In this document: in pieces, positions 35,701 through 48,367 of the stretch | How the letters are laid out: every line of letters begins with the position of its first letter | How positions within the stretch are numbered: position 1 is the first letter of the stretch | Origin: Hydrolagus colliei | Lineage: Eukaryota | Direction of reading: 5' to 3' | Assembly: GCA_035084275.1 (NCBI GenBank) | Contig: CM068748.1 | Coordinates: 9,052,001 to 9,116,000 of the forward strand | DNA: 64,000 nt | Made by a program: the position numbers and the translations under genes | The notes under the pieces: model-generated | Database searches by the model: none | What the model was told of the DNA's origin: nothing | What the model saw: only the letters and a program-made list of their open reading frames with translations

Positions 35701-38700
35701 GACTAAACTCCAGAGAGTCAGGAGATTTGCTTGGGGAGGTTTCCGTGTCTTCCCGACAAGAGTTATGGTCTTCAGAGCCATTAGTTTGAAAGACAGTAGC
35801 AGGTGATAGTTTTGCGCTTTTGACTCCACTCACATTTAATTCTGCTACATTTGGTATCAGTTCAGATCTTTTCACCTGAGCACCATTGCACCCTTGCATC
35901 TTTGAAGTCAATTTTACTTTTTCTTCGGGAATTCTAATTGGGATATGGGATGGACTTGAACTCTCCTTTTTTTTCACGGTTCGTCCTCTCATTTGCTCTC
36001 TCATGCCATCACCATCTTCTTTCATGACAAGCTCTGTGTAAACCATTTTCCTTGATGAAGAAGTCGACTGAGCATCTTTAATGTTCTTTATTGAAGGTTT
36101 ATTATTTGATGAATGCTCCTTTTCCGTTAAAGATGAAACAATCCTCTCTTCTGTTTGTCCATTAATTTTACTCTCAACATGAACATTATCAATTTCCTTT
36201 ATATTATCATGTACAAGTATGTGAGTAAGCTTGTCCACTTGTGATTTGTGATTAGAGTTTCCACAGTTCTCCCAGGTCCTGTAGATCTTTTTCTCCTTAT
36301 CTGACTTTGTGGACAAAACCGATTCTTCATTCAAACCCGGACCTTTGTCAGTCAACTGAACCACATTGTTTGCATTAAACATCAATTGCTTTGGAAAGCT
36401 GGCAACAAAATTAGGAACATTCACATTTGGTACAATTTCTGGATTTTGCCCGTGAAGCACAGACGAGACAAGATCAGTTGCAATGATGGAGCTTCCTTGA
36501 CCACTTAAATCTTTCAACTTACTGGTATGCACTTCTTTTACAGATGAAATAGCTCCTTCAGCTGCCTGTTCCAGCTTCTTTTGATTAATATCTTTTATGG
36601 AAAATTGATAGATTGGTAGTTTGCTTTCTTGCGGTCGCTTTGGAAAGGATTTTTGCTGCCCTTCTTGAAGGTTTCTGTCAATAAAGTTCGTTTTTAGTTC
36701 GTCAGTAGCCAGCTTACTGGAAAAACTATCAGTTAACATCTTGTATTTGCCATCAGTGCAATCATCCTGATAAACTTGATCGTGTAGATGTGTGAATCTG
36801 GATAATTCATTTTTCTGCACGACTGTGGTTTCAGTTTTTAAGTGACGTAGACCAGTCTTTGCCTGTGTACAGTGGAATGCAGGCTGTACAAGATTTTCAC
36901 CTTGTCCAATTTTACCTTTCATGTCTTCTGCAAAATTAGAATAACTTTTTCGTTCATAGCCAATTGCAGAATCAACAGCTTTCTTTTCTCCAGCAGTTAC
37001 ATAGACCTTCCCCATGCACTGTTCGTTTTGTTTTTCCTGAATACAATCATCATTCCGTGAAACTATGTCAACCAAAAGCAGTTTTTCAGGGCTGCTACCT
37101 GCTGAACTAAAGCCTGATTGCATTTGTTTTCCGTCCCTTTTGTGGGACTTCTTTTCGGGAGATTGCAGTTCATCATTTAGCTTTTCTGTTTTATCACGAA
37201 AAAACTGAGATACCTCCGTTAGCTTTTCTTCCGCTTCCTTCACTGTCCGGTCTACTCTGTCTTCATACATTAGTTTTTCTCTTCCACCATCTATTCTGTC
37301 CTCACTAAACCTCATCCACAGTGCATGTTTTGGACTGCCAGGCTCTGCTGGATAATGTAGTATTGTAACCTTTTCGAAAAGATCACCCCTGTCACCAGAT
37401 TTACCTACAACATTTTCAGATGCTTCTTTACGTGTCCTAGCAAGAAATTCTCTCTCTTGAACAGAGGCAATCTTTCCTTTGCAATGACCATCAAATGAAT
37501 CTGTAAAGTAGGAATGAGGCTGCTCAGTAACTGATTCCTCAGTATCAGAATGAGAAATATCCATTTTTTCAGAATGAAGCATTTTTTCTGCAAATTTGTA
37601 AGACTCCCCTCTCAACTCTGAGTATTCATCATCATGGTATTCGATTGAATGTTGAGTCAGAAGCTTCAGTGTTTTGTAAGAATCATCAGATACAAGCTGG
37701 GCAGAACTAGGTCGACTGTCATCTTCCTGAGAAACTGGCGTGTTCACTCGTGATGATTCCATGTAGGATGGAAGAGATTCTTCAGCTGTGAGTTCCTCCT
37801 CCTCCTGTTGCGCCTGTTCATCTGATAACACTTGGCAAATGTCAAACTTCTCTGGCAAAACTTTTGCATCTTTGAATGCAGTGTGTCCAGGAACATCTTT
37901 ATGATAGACAAATAACTCTTTTTCGGGATGTTTTTTCGTCTCTCTTATGATGACCTCTGTTGGGTCTGCTTCATTTCCTTTCTCAATATGAACCTCTATA
38001 ACTCTTTCCACTTTTGGCTGCAAGTTGTAATCTTTATCAAAGTGCTTTGCTGATGCTTCACCAGCCTTATGATTATCCGAAGAAACTCCTGACTTATGTT
38101 CAAAGAGGCCAGCCAGTTCTTTGGAAGGATCACGACCTGACTGGAAAGCTTTCATGATATCACGAACTGACATAGTTTCTTCTATACTCTCACTCCTTTC
38201 CTTGCGGGGAGGCGAGTGATAAACCATTCTGGTTGTGGTTGTAATTTGAGTTTCTTCTTTCACACGCACTTCTTTGCTCATTAGACATTTATTGTCCTCT
38301 TCCTCGGATTTCATTCTAATTTGAAAAGCTTTCATCTTGTCCTTAACTGACCCAATTGGTTTTTCTTCCACTTTTGTGAACATCCCAGCAGTTTGTGATG
38401 GAACTAATAATTCTTCCTCTTTGGATTCCTGAGTTTCTTCTATTGTAGGTTCATAACTTCGGATAACATGGACCACTTCAGTCCGTGTTTCCGTAATAAC
38501 AGGGGGTATAGGTACATCATGAAACAAAGGTTTAGGTCCAGTGCTCTCTGCACTCTGTGGGGCTGAAGGAGTCTTTTCACTTCTCGTTTCAAAACCACTG
38601 TCTGATAAAGGACTTTTATCTTGATCATGTTGAGAAAAATCATCAGGTGATTCCAAGATGGCTTCTGTTGCTAACACAGCATCTGCAAGTTTACTTAATT

Positions 38701-40566
38701 CTTTCTCTGAAGCTGAAGTTCGCATGGGTGACGGTGGCATTTTAAGTTTATGTTCTGGTAAAGGCATTGCTGGTTTAAGTATTCGTTTTGAAAATATTTT
38801 TTCTTCACCTTCCTTTTTGACATCAGTTTGTCTATATCTACCGTCGTTCATTCTTCCCAGTGCATCAGTTCCAAGATCATTTGTCAAATAGTCAACAACT
38901 CTTGCTAAACTGAAGTCTTTTTCATCTCCATTCCTGGTTTTCATATGCACAAATTCAGGTGTAAAAGTGCAAAATTCCTCACTGGCTTTTTGCTTTGCTT
39001 CTTCAATTTCATCACAATCAAACGTCACCCACTCATCTTTACCCAAATGATCTCCATTTGTCGGACCTCCTTTACAGCCATCCTTATTTTCCGAAAACAC
39101 ATCCTTCTGTAAAATCTCACTGACTTTTACCAAATCCTCTTTAACTTTCTCCACGAGTTTAAAAGTCTCTTCACTATCATCTTCACTTTTCCCTCCTTTT
39201 GCCGAGATTTCAGATGGGAATGTCTTGTCACTTGTCGAGTCTGTCTGGAGGATGGCCGTCACCTTCATCAGGTCTTCTTTCATTTCGGCAACGTCTTTCA
39301 AAATTTCCTGGCTCGAGGACAAAGAAGATGCGCAAGATAGTTTCAGTGCCGACGGAGCAAGGAACATAGAGGTTTTCAATGGAGACAATGTTTGAAGAAT
39401 TTGAGACTGAGGTTGTGTGCGAGATTCTGTAGATATGGATTTGATGGGCGATACTAATGCAGTGGTTGATTTGGTTAATGCCACGCTCTCTGGGAGTTTT
39501 TTCAACTGTGGATCTGGCAAAATATTTACTACAGAATACACCGGCACAGTTATAGTTGCTGATGTCACAGATACTGTTGTTATAGATGAAGATCTCAATG
39601 ATGAATACAATGGCCCTGTGGGAGATAATCTAACTGACTGAAAAGCAGAAGATGATGAAGATGCAAAAGACTTCAGTGGAGAAACACTGGTGGTGAAGGT
39701 TTTCTCTACTGCATTGTTTGCCTTTGAGAGAGATTTGTTGATTAACAACGTTGATTCCTTCTCTAGAGATGATCCAGATGTTTTACTGGATAAAAAAGCA
39801 GCTGCTGATGGATATTTGATGGGGGATATTGTTCCGTTCGTTGTTATTTGACCCGTAGATGAAATCACTGAATTAAATGGAGAGAACAATGTAGATGTTA
39901 GTTCTCGAGCTGAATCAACCATTGATTTAACAGGGGATGATCCGGACATTGACACTGATTTCAAAGGAGAAGGCAGAACTGTGGTTGTAGTTGTAATGAT
40001 TGACTTGAATGGTAAAGTTGATGAGTACATGTTAACTGTTGATTTGGGCGAGGCTGGTGGTGTCATTGTAATAGAGGATCTCTCCAGAAGTGAGCTTGCG
40101 GTTGTCACAGGTGATATGCGTGAAGAGAACATTGAAGAAGCTAGTCCTTTTACAGAGGAAGATTCAGGCATTATTGACGCTTTCACTGGTGAAGAAATCA
40201 AAGCAGAGGAAGGTTTAACAGCATACGGAGTCTGTGTCACTACAGTTTTTATAGGTGAAGATGTGGATTTAAATGATCTAATTGGAGATGCTAAATCACT
40301 CATAGATCTTACTGAAGAAGTTGTGGAAGCTCCTAAGGTTGATTTGATAGGTGAAGCAGAAGAGGCAGACCAAATTGACTTTAATGGGGAAGCTGTTGGC
40401 GTGTTGGACGTTGAACTTGACAAAGATGTAAATCCAGATTTTGCTTGTCCAGTGACTGCCATGGGAGCTGTTGCCCATGACTGGTAAGGTCTTGTTGAAA
40501 AGACCGACTTGTATGAGTAAGGTGCAGGTAGAGACCTTGGGGTTCCTGTACTCCGTTCAATGGTTT
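32746..40566 (-). CDS. ANK3: ANK3 neuronal giant exon (480-kDa ankyrin-G serine-rich domain and tail)
   Basis: 7821 bp including 132 N, phase 1/1. Acceptor tttaaag|AAACCATTGAA; donor ACTG|gtgggg, inferred from phase and the recalled mammalian junction. Contains SQEILKDVAEMKEDLMK, DKSPLSDSGFETRSEKTPSAPQS and ATTPDTTPARTPTDEST. Confidence 0.93.
33938..34069. other. Assembly gap (132 N) inside the giant exon
   Basis: Run of N. The length is a multiple of 3, so the ORF track reads through it. Confidence 0.99.
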
Positions 40567-41908
40567 CTTTAAAAATTGTTAAAATAAAATACAAATGCAA
40601 AATCAACGGGAAAATTAAAGAAAGAAAGACCAGAGAAAAAGGTGATCAGTGAACAGGGTACACTGTTAGAAAAAAGTACAGTTAATATTTACAATACATT
40701 CAGTGAGATGCCGTAAGAAAACAATTTCATTTAGAAAGCCCAGTTGAATCCATTTATTTTTAAGCGTACAGATTATCAAATCCGGAAAACAAGCAAAGCA
40801 GCAAATAAAGCACAAAACAGACTATCACGCTGCTCCTTGAAAAGGAGGGATAAAAATAGGTCTGAAGATGGGGGTGAAAAACAAACAAAATACAAACATG
40901 AAACAAATGGACACAACAGTAGTGGACATTGTAACAACATTTTCTACTTGTGTTTTCATGTGCTCTCATTGCTCTCTACCTTTTGAGTAGCTGATGCATT
41001 TAAATTAGCTACCTTCATTTGTCAGAGGTGTCAAAGTAGAAAGTGAACCAGTTTCCAATTGTTGTCAGAAAAAAATGTTTTAATACCCATTCTTTCTTGT
41101 TAGGCAAGTTAAGCACAGACAAATAAACATAGTCCACAATAATCTTTTGCATGCATGAGGTAAAGACCTCCGAGGCATTTGCTATGCAAACTGTGGAGGG
41201 ACAGAAGAAAATGAATAAATCGTATCTAGCATGCACTTATATAGTAAATGAAACAATTCCTTCGATAACGTATAATTCAAAAGATAATACATAATTGTAA
41301 TTCAAAATTAAGTGTCATAAAAGCAAAAACAGCCCAAAAATGTGCCCAAATATGTGGACTCGATAGAAGTTTGGTATGACTGTCTCAATAACCAAGGCAA
41401 TTACTACAGCACACTCTTCAGAGAATAACTAACGTATGGCATTGTTGCTTTGAATATATGACAGATATCATGAACCTGGGCATGTGTTTCCTTTCCAACC
41501 TAACCAGCACAATTGTTATCTTTCATTTCTTATAGTGTTATGGTCATTTCTTATAGTGTTAGGGTTTAAGAAAACAAAACATCAAAATCATAATACAACA
41601 GTTCAGTTTTAGCCCACACAAAAAATATTGTATTATGAACAGAAAACTATATTAAAAAATGAACGTGATGAAAATAATAATTCAAGCACAAGCTCCACAA
41701 CTCAAACTTATGTGCCAGGAAATAGATATGGACTGGGGTTGGGTGGGTGGGGGAGTGGAGGGAGAAATGCCATGCAACATCAGGCAACGGTGATAAAATA
41801 TTGCAAAAGTTTAGTTATTCACATTTCCCTTTATTTAAAAGTTAAGAGTTTCGAATTACAAAAGCAATGAAAACATCGTTAATGAAAATTAGTCAAGATT
41901 AAACTCAC

Positions 41909-41993
41909 TCATTCCAGGCTCAGCAAGATAGCTGTATCGCTTACGTAATGCAATAGATGCAAAGGTCTGACGGCGGTCTGAAGTTCTATCAAC
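41909..41993 (-). CDS. ANK3: ANK3 exon preceding the giant exon
   Basis: 85 bp, phase 0 to 1. Encodes VDRTSDRRQTFASIALRKRYSYLAEPGM. Confidence 0.93.
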
Positions 41994-43656
41994 CTGGAAG
42001 AAATAAGGCAGAAATGTTGCTCATTTCCATTACAAACAGAATTATGATTTTGAGTGGGATGAATCTTAAGTATCCAATTTAATTGCAACTAAGTCATTCT
42101 GTCACAGGGTTTTTTTTTTACAAATATCTAGACGTGCACCACTGTACAAGAAATGATTTATAAGAGCCCTTTTTATTCAAGGCATATAGGTGTGTGAATT
42201 TTATACCAGTCTTATGTTATACATTATATAAATACTAAAGCAAATAGCATTGGCAATAGAACTACAATCCAATATATTTATATAGTAGCAAGGTAGCATA
42301 TTGGTCTAACAAAATAGTAATTTATTTCCATTTAATAATATCCATACTATTTCCATACCTGGTGTCTTGAAACTGTATTTAGCTGTATTTTACTATATGT
42401 ATTCCAATAGCTGATTTGGGTTACCTGTTCACCACTCTAACTACATTTCATCTTAAACCATTCATCCAAACTAATCTTTCAATCTTGTTAAACAGTATAA
42501 TGTTTTCTTAACTACAAATCTCTTAAAAACTCAATATATTAAAATATATCAAACATGCACAAGGTGACTTAATCTTTCCTGCTATAGATAACTTTCAGTC
42601 TAATTTATGCAGCAAATAAAGCTTGATTGGGAAAGTGAACTATACTGATCATTAAAATAAAATTGAATTAAGATGAATAACACTTTTGAAGCACTAAAGC
42701 ATTATGTTACAGGAGTAAACGATATTCTGTTACTTTTGCAGAGATGAAATTAGAAATTAGTTTTGCTTAATGTGGATACACCAAGGACAGAACAAGGCAT
42801 AGATGAAATTTCAAAACATAAATGCACAACACACTGCAAATAAATCCATGTAATCTCCCTAACCATAAAAATTGTTACAGACAGAGCTTTACTAAACAAT
42901 CTCAGCTGTTGCCACCGCTAAGGTGTATACATAAATCAGCACTCTTACAGCGGAGAAGTTTGCCAATCTGTATCACAGTAGAGGTAGTTTTAGGACAAGA
43001 GTGAATTACAATCCAGTTTTATTAATCACATCCGTGTTAGTGATTTGAAATATTATTGGTGTACAATAGTGATGAAACTATTGAGCTGCAGCAGTTGAGC
43101 TATTTTTAGGAATGCAGGCATTTATAACTCATTACTGTCTCCTTTCTCAACCAACCCAATAATCTAAGAAAGTGTTGCAAAATACGCTCAAAACAAAGCT
43201 GAGTTTATTGCATCATTCCAAGTAAGCACGAGGGACTGTTGACCCTTTAAGAGTGCAGCAGCATCTTTGCACTGGACACACAACAAAATGTGAAGGTTAA
43301 ACTGTTGTAGTTGAGTCACAGTGGCTTCGAAATGAAACATGTCTTAGATCCCACCCTCCAGAAGTTAGTTTAGAAAAGTTCAGAACATCAGTTATAGTTC
43401 AGAACATCAGTTTCGAGGAACAATGAAAAAGATGTTTTGAAATGGAAGAATCTTTTAGAAAGAAATTGGAAGACACTGCATTTTTTAAATATATCATTAC
43501 AATTAATCATCTCTTTGATCTTAGCATTAACTGTTCAGTTTCACTAGCTGTTAAATGTTGGGTGTCAGTTATTTATCTAAGCCCAATTCCACAATGCCCT
43601 CTGCAATAACTTAATAGATATCATTCAATTGAAACAAACAATTTGTTTTCCTTTAC

Positions 43657-43683
43657 CTCTTCATCTTGATCTGATTCAGTTTC
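43657..43683 (-). CDS. ANK3: ANK3 27-nt microexon
   Basis: cataag|GAAACTGAATCAGATCAAGATGAAGAG|gtaaag encodes ETESDQDEE (human ETESDQDDE, recalled). Confidence 0.88.
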
Positions 43684-44117
43684 CTTATGGTCCCAAGAAG
43701 CATTGCAGAGACAAGGAATATTATAATGGACAGCAGGGAAAAGAAATATCAGGATATGAAAAGGACCAAATTGGGAATACAAAATGTAAGCTGGTTAACA
43801 CAAGATCAAACAAACCCAAAGCCAGCAAAAGGAAAAATTAAACTTGATTTCAATTACGAAACAAATTCACAACAAATGATGGGAAATACTGCAAGAGCAA
43901 AAGCCTGTAAATTACTGGCCAGTGCAAGTGCCTTGTAAACAAACAAACAAATTATTACTTAAAAAATAGACTTTAGACATACAAAAATAATAGATTTGAC
44001 AAAATGCAATATGTATTACCACTGAACAACGTTGCCAGATTCTAAATCAGGCAGGTTTCAATCATTGCAAACAAATTATATGTCTCCCTTTAATAGCAGA
44101 AAGAATTGTCCACGTAC

Positions 44118-44240
44118 CTTTTTATGAGCAGGCAGTGTAATATTCAGATTACAAATAGCCATTTGAGGTAACCCTTTGGAAGTTTTTGCTTCCTTGAGGA
44201 ATGATAAACGACCACATGGTTCCTGGCTGTTGTCTCTGAC
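44118..44240 (-). CDS. ANK3: ANK3 UPA-domain exon
   Basis: 123 bp. Encodes [41 protein letters not shown]. Confidence 0.95.
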
Positions 44241-44324
44241 CTAAAAACAAGGCAAAGAGTTACTGTTCAATGTCTACAAAACTGGAATTTCTGCTATTGT
44301 TCAGGTTCCTTGGTTAACTAAGAT

Positions 44325-44570
44325 CCTATTTGCCTATTCATGCAGATGTTGAAGATCCCATGACACTATTTGCAAAGAGGTCCTAACCAACAATCACCAA
44401 CATAAAATTGTTCAACCGCTTTATGGTTGTTTGTGGAACACGGTTGTGCACACACTGGCTGGCGCATTCAGTGCGACTGCACTTAAAGTAACTGCTCTGA
44501 TGCATTTTCAGATAATAAGACACTATATCAAAAGCTATTATGGTATATACTGTATATTGTTATTATTATA
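44325..44570 (+). mobile_element. Decayed Deu-domain SINE
   Basis: gttgaagatcccatgacactattt...tgtttgtgg...ctggctg and a tail remnant. Confidence 0.6.
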
Positions 44571-44834
44571 TTGTTGCAAAATACATTTCATTTTAAAACT
44601 AACTGAAAAGAGCTGCAAGATATTTTAGAAGTTTCTTCAAGACAAAAAACAAATTAGCACGTTTGTGTGTGTGTTTTTTTTATTACACACATGGATAATG
44701 CAAATTTTCTGCTTAAAGCCAGTAAATGACTTTCAGCCTAGAATCATTATAACATACATTTACATATTAAATGTAGCAAGCATCAAAATAAATGTTCAAA
44801 AGACTGTAGCATTAATATGAACAAAAAGGCCCTT

Positions 44835-45052
44835 TACATTTGAACTCCAATCGGCAGTCCCTCTGCCTCACCCCCTGCCTGGCCTCCTTCAAGTCTCGCT
44901 TCAAGACTCTCCTCTTCGATGGACCCATTGGCAACTCCTAATTCCCCCCCACCCGTCCTCAGCTTGGGTCTGAAGAGGTGACTGTCCAACATCTTGGGAC
45001 ATCCTCCTGACATGAAAGGCGCTGTACAAGTGTAATTTTGTTGTTGTTGTTG
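44835..45052 (+). mobile_element. L2 LINE 3' fragment
   Basis: ccttcaagtctcgcttcaagactctcctcttcgat...gacatgaaaggcgctgtacaagtgtaattt(tgt)n. Confidence 0.85.
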
Positions 45053-45354
45053 ATTATTCACGTCTGTGTGCCTAGTTTATAGATTGTTTGACATCTACTT
45101 CCATGGTTGTTTTGGAGTTTTTTTTGTACTTTAAAAAAAATATTCTTGCCTTAATACTGAAACAAAATTAGCATTATACTTGTTCAACTTCACTAAAATG
45201 GGTTCCACATGCAAAAAATAAAAATGTTATGGTGCTTTTCATGTTACGAGGACGTCTCAAAGCACTTAGACGCAACGTACAAATTGAATGTTTTAAAAAA
45301 TATATATATAATGCTTGTTTTTCATTTTACTGGTATAAAAACTTTGAAAACAAT

Positions 45355-45665
45355 AAGATGATAATCTTTGCATTTGATAAAGCATGTCCTCGAGACCTCT
45401 CAAAACACTTCACAAGTTTTCACCATGAAGTGTAGTGACTGTCTATTGGTAGGCAAACTCAGTGGTCAATTTTGGCACAGTAATGTCCCACAAATAGCCA
45501 CATTTGGTTAGACCAATTTAATTGGTCGAACCAAATGGGGGACTGTTGGCCAGAACACCACGAGAAACTCTCTTCTCTTTTCAAATAGTGGCATGGGATG
45601 TTTCATGCACCAAACAAGGAAACAGGACCTCAGATTAACATCTGATGCAAAGGATGGCACCTCTG
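45355..45665 (-). mobile_element. Deu-domain SINE with an internal fold-back palindrome
   Basis: Tail aatctttgcatttgata at the left; Deu core tcaaatagtggcatgggat and aaggatggcacctc at the right. Confidence 0.7.
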
Positions 45666-46026
45666 AGAAAATTGTTTAAAATACTGGACACTGGGATCTG
45701 AAAAGGAAGAAACCACTTACTAATTAGGGCTGTGCTGCCTTCTGGTGGGCAATATATAACACTGCATTTTTGTTTGAAACAAAGAACAGTATAACCCATT
45801 ATTTAAAAGTTCTACTCAAATCATCATGAATCCTGAAAAGAAAACAGCCAATCTGTAGCTTCAGACATATGTCAGAAATGGTTACCATTGTGTCTTTAAT
45901 ACAGAGCACCCATAGAGCGCTTCAATGGGGTGGGGGGGAATCTGGATTATGCTACCCTCTTGGCATCTACCAATTGTTTGAATACAACATTCTGTCGGAA
46001 CAATAAGAGATGATACTGAACCCTAC

Positions 46027-46152
46027 CTTTACACTGAAAGGCAATCTGTTTTCTTTGAAAGCATAGAACGTGAAGACAAGGGGCTGCCCGGCTTTTGCAA
46101 GAGGAACCAAATTTCCGTAGCAATCCAAGTGGATGATTTTACCTTCTAGCAC
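46027..46152 (-). CDS. ANK3: ANK3 UPA-domain exon
   Basis: 126 bp. Encodes [42 protein letters not shown]. Confidence 0.95.
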
Positions 46153-47185
46153 CTGTTGATTGCATCATAACGTTACGACAAACGCAAGCAACAACTTAAC
46201 TCCTCATTGCATTTATGCGTTATAAGCCTGCACCAATATGAAAACATATTTTGAATTTCATTTCATCCTTCCTCAGGCAAAAAATGGAACCTTACCTCAA
46301 TATTATTTCCAACCATATGTTTGAAATTAGAATTATGATGGCAATACAGTATGTTAATATTGTACAGTATTGGCTGGAGGACCTGTCAGCAGTCCCAACC
46401 TCTGCCCACATTAACGCTTAGGTTTTACCCAGACGCTGACCCAGTTGGCAGGTGCAGTACTGAACGATCAAATGATCTCAGCCAGTGAGAGGGAAAAAAA
46501 AAGCTATAAGTCTTTTCTTCTTAAAGCACACAAACATGAACACCTCTGATTGACTGGTCATATAGTAGCAACATCGGATGCCTCAGAAATGTCCATTGTA
46601 GTCTGCCCACCTCTCAAATGGAGCCAAGAGTATATGGCCTTGAAGACAAGGAATGGGAGAAGAGGGAATGGATCAGCATATTCTAAATTATACCGTCACT
46701 CTTTACATCATCATTTCAAAAAGTGCAAAAGACAAAGGAGAAGACATTTTGGGGGAAAATAGTGTAAATCTAAACATGGACAATTCAGTCACACTACACA
46801 GTTTGAGCATTTAAGTACCAAATAATCTTCAAATGCACGATTGAAAGGTGCTATACAAATGTAATTTTGTTGTTGTAAACATGTGAATTATGGTTTCACT
46901 AATTTGGATGGACCTGGGGTATAACAATATTGTACAAATGATTAACATCTGGATTCTTGAGCACTTATGTGATTGGCAGCAGATGCTAGCTGCAGCATTA
47001 CCACAATTAAGCACTTTCTCTTTCCTGATAGTAACGTGTGATCCAGTAAAGTTAGACTTAAACGATGTTCAACCAACGGAAGCAAATCATTACAAGCTGT
47101 TTACGTTTGATTCAAATATAATTCATCTGCTTCAACTGATATTCACTCATACACCCACACAAAAGTAACTGTTGGAAGAGTGTAC

Positions 47186-47414
47186 CTCAATATCTTTGCT
47201 CCTTGCCACTTCTGTGAAGTTTTCCTGTTGTTCTAAAGTCTTGTCAACTTTATCATCAGTCATGCAGAAACAACGCAGACGAGCTTCCACAGGGTCATGC
47301 AGTTTGGCAAACACAACAAATTTGGCCATATATGGAACACAGATTAATTCTCGGTAGAGCTGTGTAGCTAAACTAACAGTTTCTGGGACCTGATGGCAGT
47401 CTGCAAGCCAAAAT
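47186..47414 (-). CDS. ANK3: ANK3 ZU5-C/UPA exon
   Basis: 229 bp. Encodes [13 protein letters not shown]...[11 protein letters not shown]...[29 protein letters not shown]. Confidence 0.96.
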
Positions 47415-48270
47415 CTGCACATGAAATTAGACAAACAGGAAGTTCATTGAGAAATGTTCAGCTCAGCAAATCCTTTTATAATTTTAATGAGCAAAGACCA
47501 CTGTAGAATGTTAGGAAATAGGTTACAAGACTATCAATGCCAATATTTCTAGTTTCCCTTCTTACATCAGTCATAGTTTTAACTATAAAATTAAAGTCAG
47601 TGAAACAATCATTAAAACAACTTGACTGTAAAACTACTGCTTATTTGGGAGTATTTAAGTTTGTTCATATTTGTCCCAACATTTGATAAAATGCAAGGAT
47701 TAGTATTATTATTATTATCTTCAGCAACTATAAGCACTCCGAGACATCATCCTGCACGAAGGCCACTATATAAATGCAAGTTGTTGTTGATGTGTATCCA
47801 GAAAACCCATAATTTAAATAAAATGGTGTATCTAAAGACACTTAATCTTTGAATTCTTTCTGCTCCACAACTCTTTTCCCATTACATTTCTGCTCAGTTT
47901 CACCAAACCTTTACAAGTCTGTTTATAATCATAGCTCAATTTGTAACTCACAACTGCAATACATTATCACTTTAGTGAAGTGACATCACATCTAGAATGA
48001 TAAATCTTCAGGTGGAAGAAAACACCAGATGCCGAGCACAACAAAAGCATCACATCTGTTAAATAATGTGAGTTAAAACATCAATTCAATATCTTGTCAG
48101 CACATCACTTGGAGCTCTTTGGATACAAAGCACAAGGAAACTAATTTCCCTGATCGCTACTTTGGCTATTTTCATTATAGTCAAACATCAAAAATACGCA
48201 TGAAATATTTTCTGTTTTAAGCAATTTTAAACACTGAATTGTAACTGGGCCGAACACAAAAAACCTGTAC

Positions 48271-48367
48271 CTGGCTGAAACGTTTGTCGTGAAGGAAACC
48301 CCCTCATCCACAAAGGTTAATGGGGTTGTTCCTGTGATGTCTTCCCACTGCGCAGGTGATGTGCCTC
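48271..48367 (-). CDS. ANK3: ANK3 ZU5-C exon
   Basis: 97 bp. Encodes [32 protein letters not shown]. Confidence 0.96.

Noticed and set aside
39981-40487. 168-aa plus-strand ORF and other ORFs antisense to the giant exon
   Set aside because: Shadow ORFs of Ser/Thr/Pro-rich coding sequence, with no independent start or splice evidence.
42949-42967. 19-nt microexon-like segment (atacag|ATTGGCAAACTTCTCCGCT|gtaaga)
   Set aside because: Frame-shifting length and no recognisable homology. It could be a poison exon, but I cannot support that from sequence alone.
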